Source of the DNA: Anaerolineaceae bacterium 4572_78
Lineage (GTDB): Bacteria > Chloroflexota > Anaerolineae > 4572-78
Length of the DNA stretch: 37,711 nt
Assembly (NCBI GenBank): GCA_002084875.1
Contig: NBMH01000001.1
Coordinates: 1 to 37,711 of the forward strand
Reading direction: 5' to 3'
Shown here: positions 37,463-37,711 of the stretch, one piece after another
Layout: the number at the start of each line of letters is the position of its first letter
Position numbering within the stretch: the stretch's first letter is position 1
Program-made: the position numbers and the translations under genes
The notes under the pieces: model-generated
What the model was told of the DNA's origin: nothing
The model's input: the letters and a program-made list of their open reading frames with translations, nothing else
The model's database searches: none

Positions 37463-37657
37463 TTAATAATAACGGTGCGTAGTTTTACGATTTGCTTTAC
37501 GGGTAGCACGTTGTTTAGCCAATCGTCTGGTTTCGCTTTTTGAGACAAACCAGCGGTTTTTTCGGTATGTGCTTAAAATTCTGTCTTTAATCACTTCTTT
37601 ACGAAATCGTTTCAAAAGTGCGTCTTGAGATTCACCATGTCGCAATTTTACACTCAC
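37463..37657 (-). CDS. rpsU: 30S ribosomal protein S21
   Basis: A 64-aa basic protein. ...LLKRFRKEVIKDRILSTYRKNRWFVSKSETRRLAKQRATRK matches the S21 family. GTG start with GAAAGGAGGTG Shine-Dalgarno 9 nt upstream. Confidence 0.85.
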   Translation of the reverse strand: MSVKLRHGESQDALLKRFRKEVIKDRILSTYRKNRWFVSKSETRRLAKQRATRKANRKTTHRYY

Positions 37658-37711
37658 TAAGTTCTCACCTCCTTTCTTGTTTTTTATGATATATTAAGTG
37701 CTGGCGGGGCA

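Overview
This 37.7-kb window (about 40% GC) is densely coding and looks like a chromosomal region of a monoderm filamentous bacterium, most likely from the Chloroflexota. The lineage call is a low-confidence inference. It rests on many membrane-anchored proteins with Pro/Thr-rich linkers, Uma2- and Rpn-family nucleases, and frequent weak or absent SD sequences. I support 28 protein genes, one tRNA-Leu(UAA), and at least three families of short dispersed intergenic repeats.

Gene content, 5' to 3':
- A sugar/lipid modification cluster (300-8679): DprE1-like FAD oxidase (frame-interrupted), DprE2-like SDR, a divergent ZIP metal transporter, GT4 glycosyltransferase, GMC oxidoreductase, aldehyde dehydrogenase with a hydrophobic C-tail, and a second SDR.
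- A giant (1214 aa) secreted parallel beta-helix protein on the minus strand.
- uvrC.
- A two-gene unit: a small PD-(D/E)xK-like protein plus a clear bacterial homologue of the eukaryotic major vault protein (MVP). This is the most unusual item.
- A Uma2-family endonuclease, a hypothetical protein, an ABC substrate-binding lipoprotein, and a YgjV-like membrane protein.
- holA and an upstream membrane protein.
- Two Pro/Thr-rich surface proteins ending in LPXTG-like sorting signals.
- A hybrid histidine kinase, an Rpn-family PD-(D/E)xK nuclease (N-terminal frameshift), and a second large dCache-HAMP-HK-REC-HK dual-kinase hybrid sensor.
- An SH3b/PT-rich protein, tRNA-Leu, iorA-iorB, a zinc-ribbon/LysM membrane protein, and rpsU.

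No CRISPR array, rRNA, integrase or transposase was seen. Every call is from reading the sequence and recalling family signatures; no database search was run.
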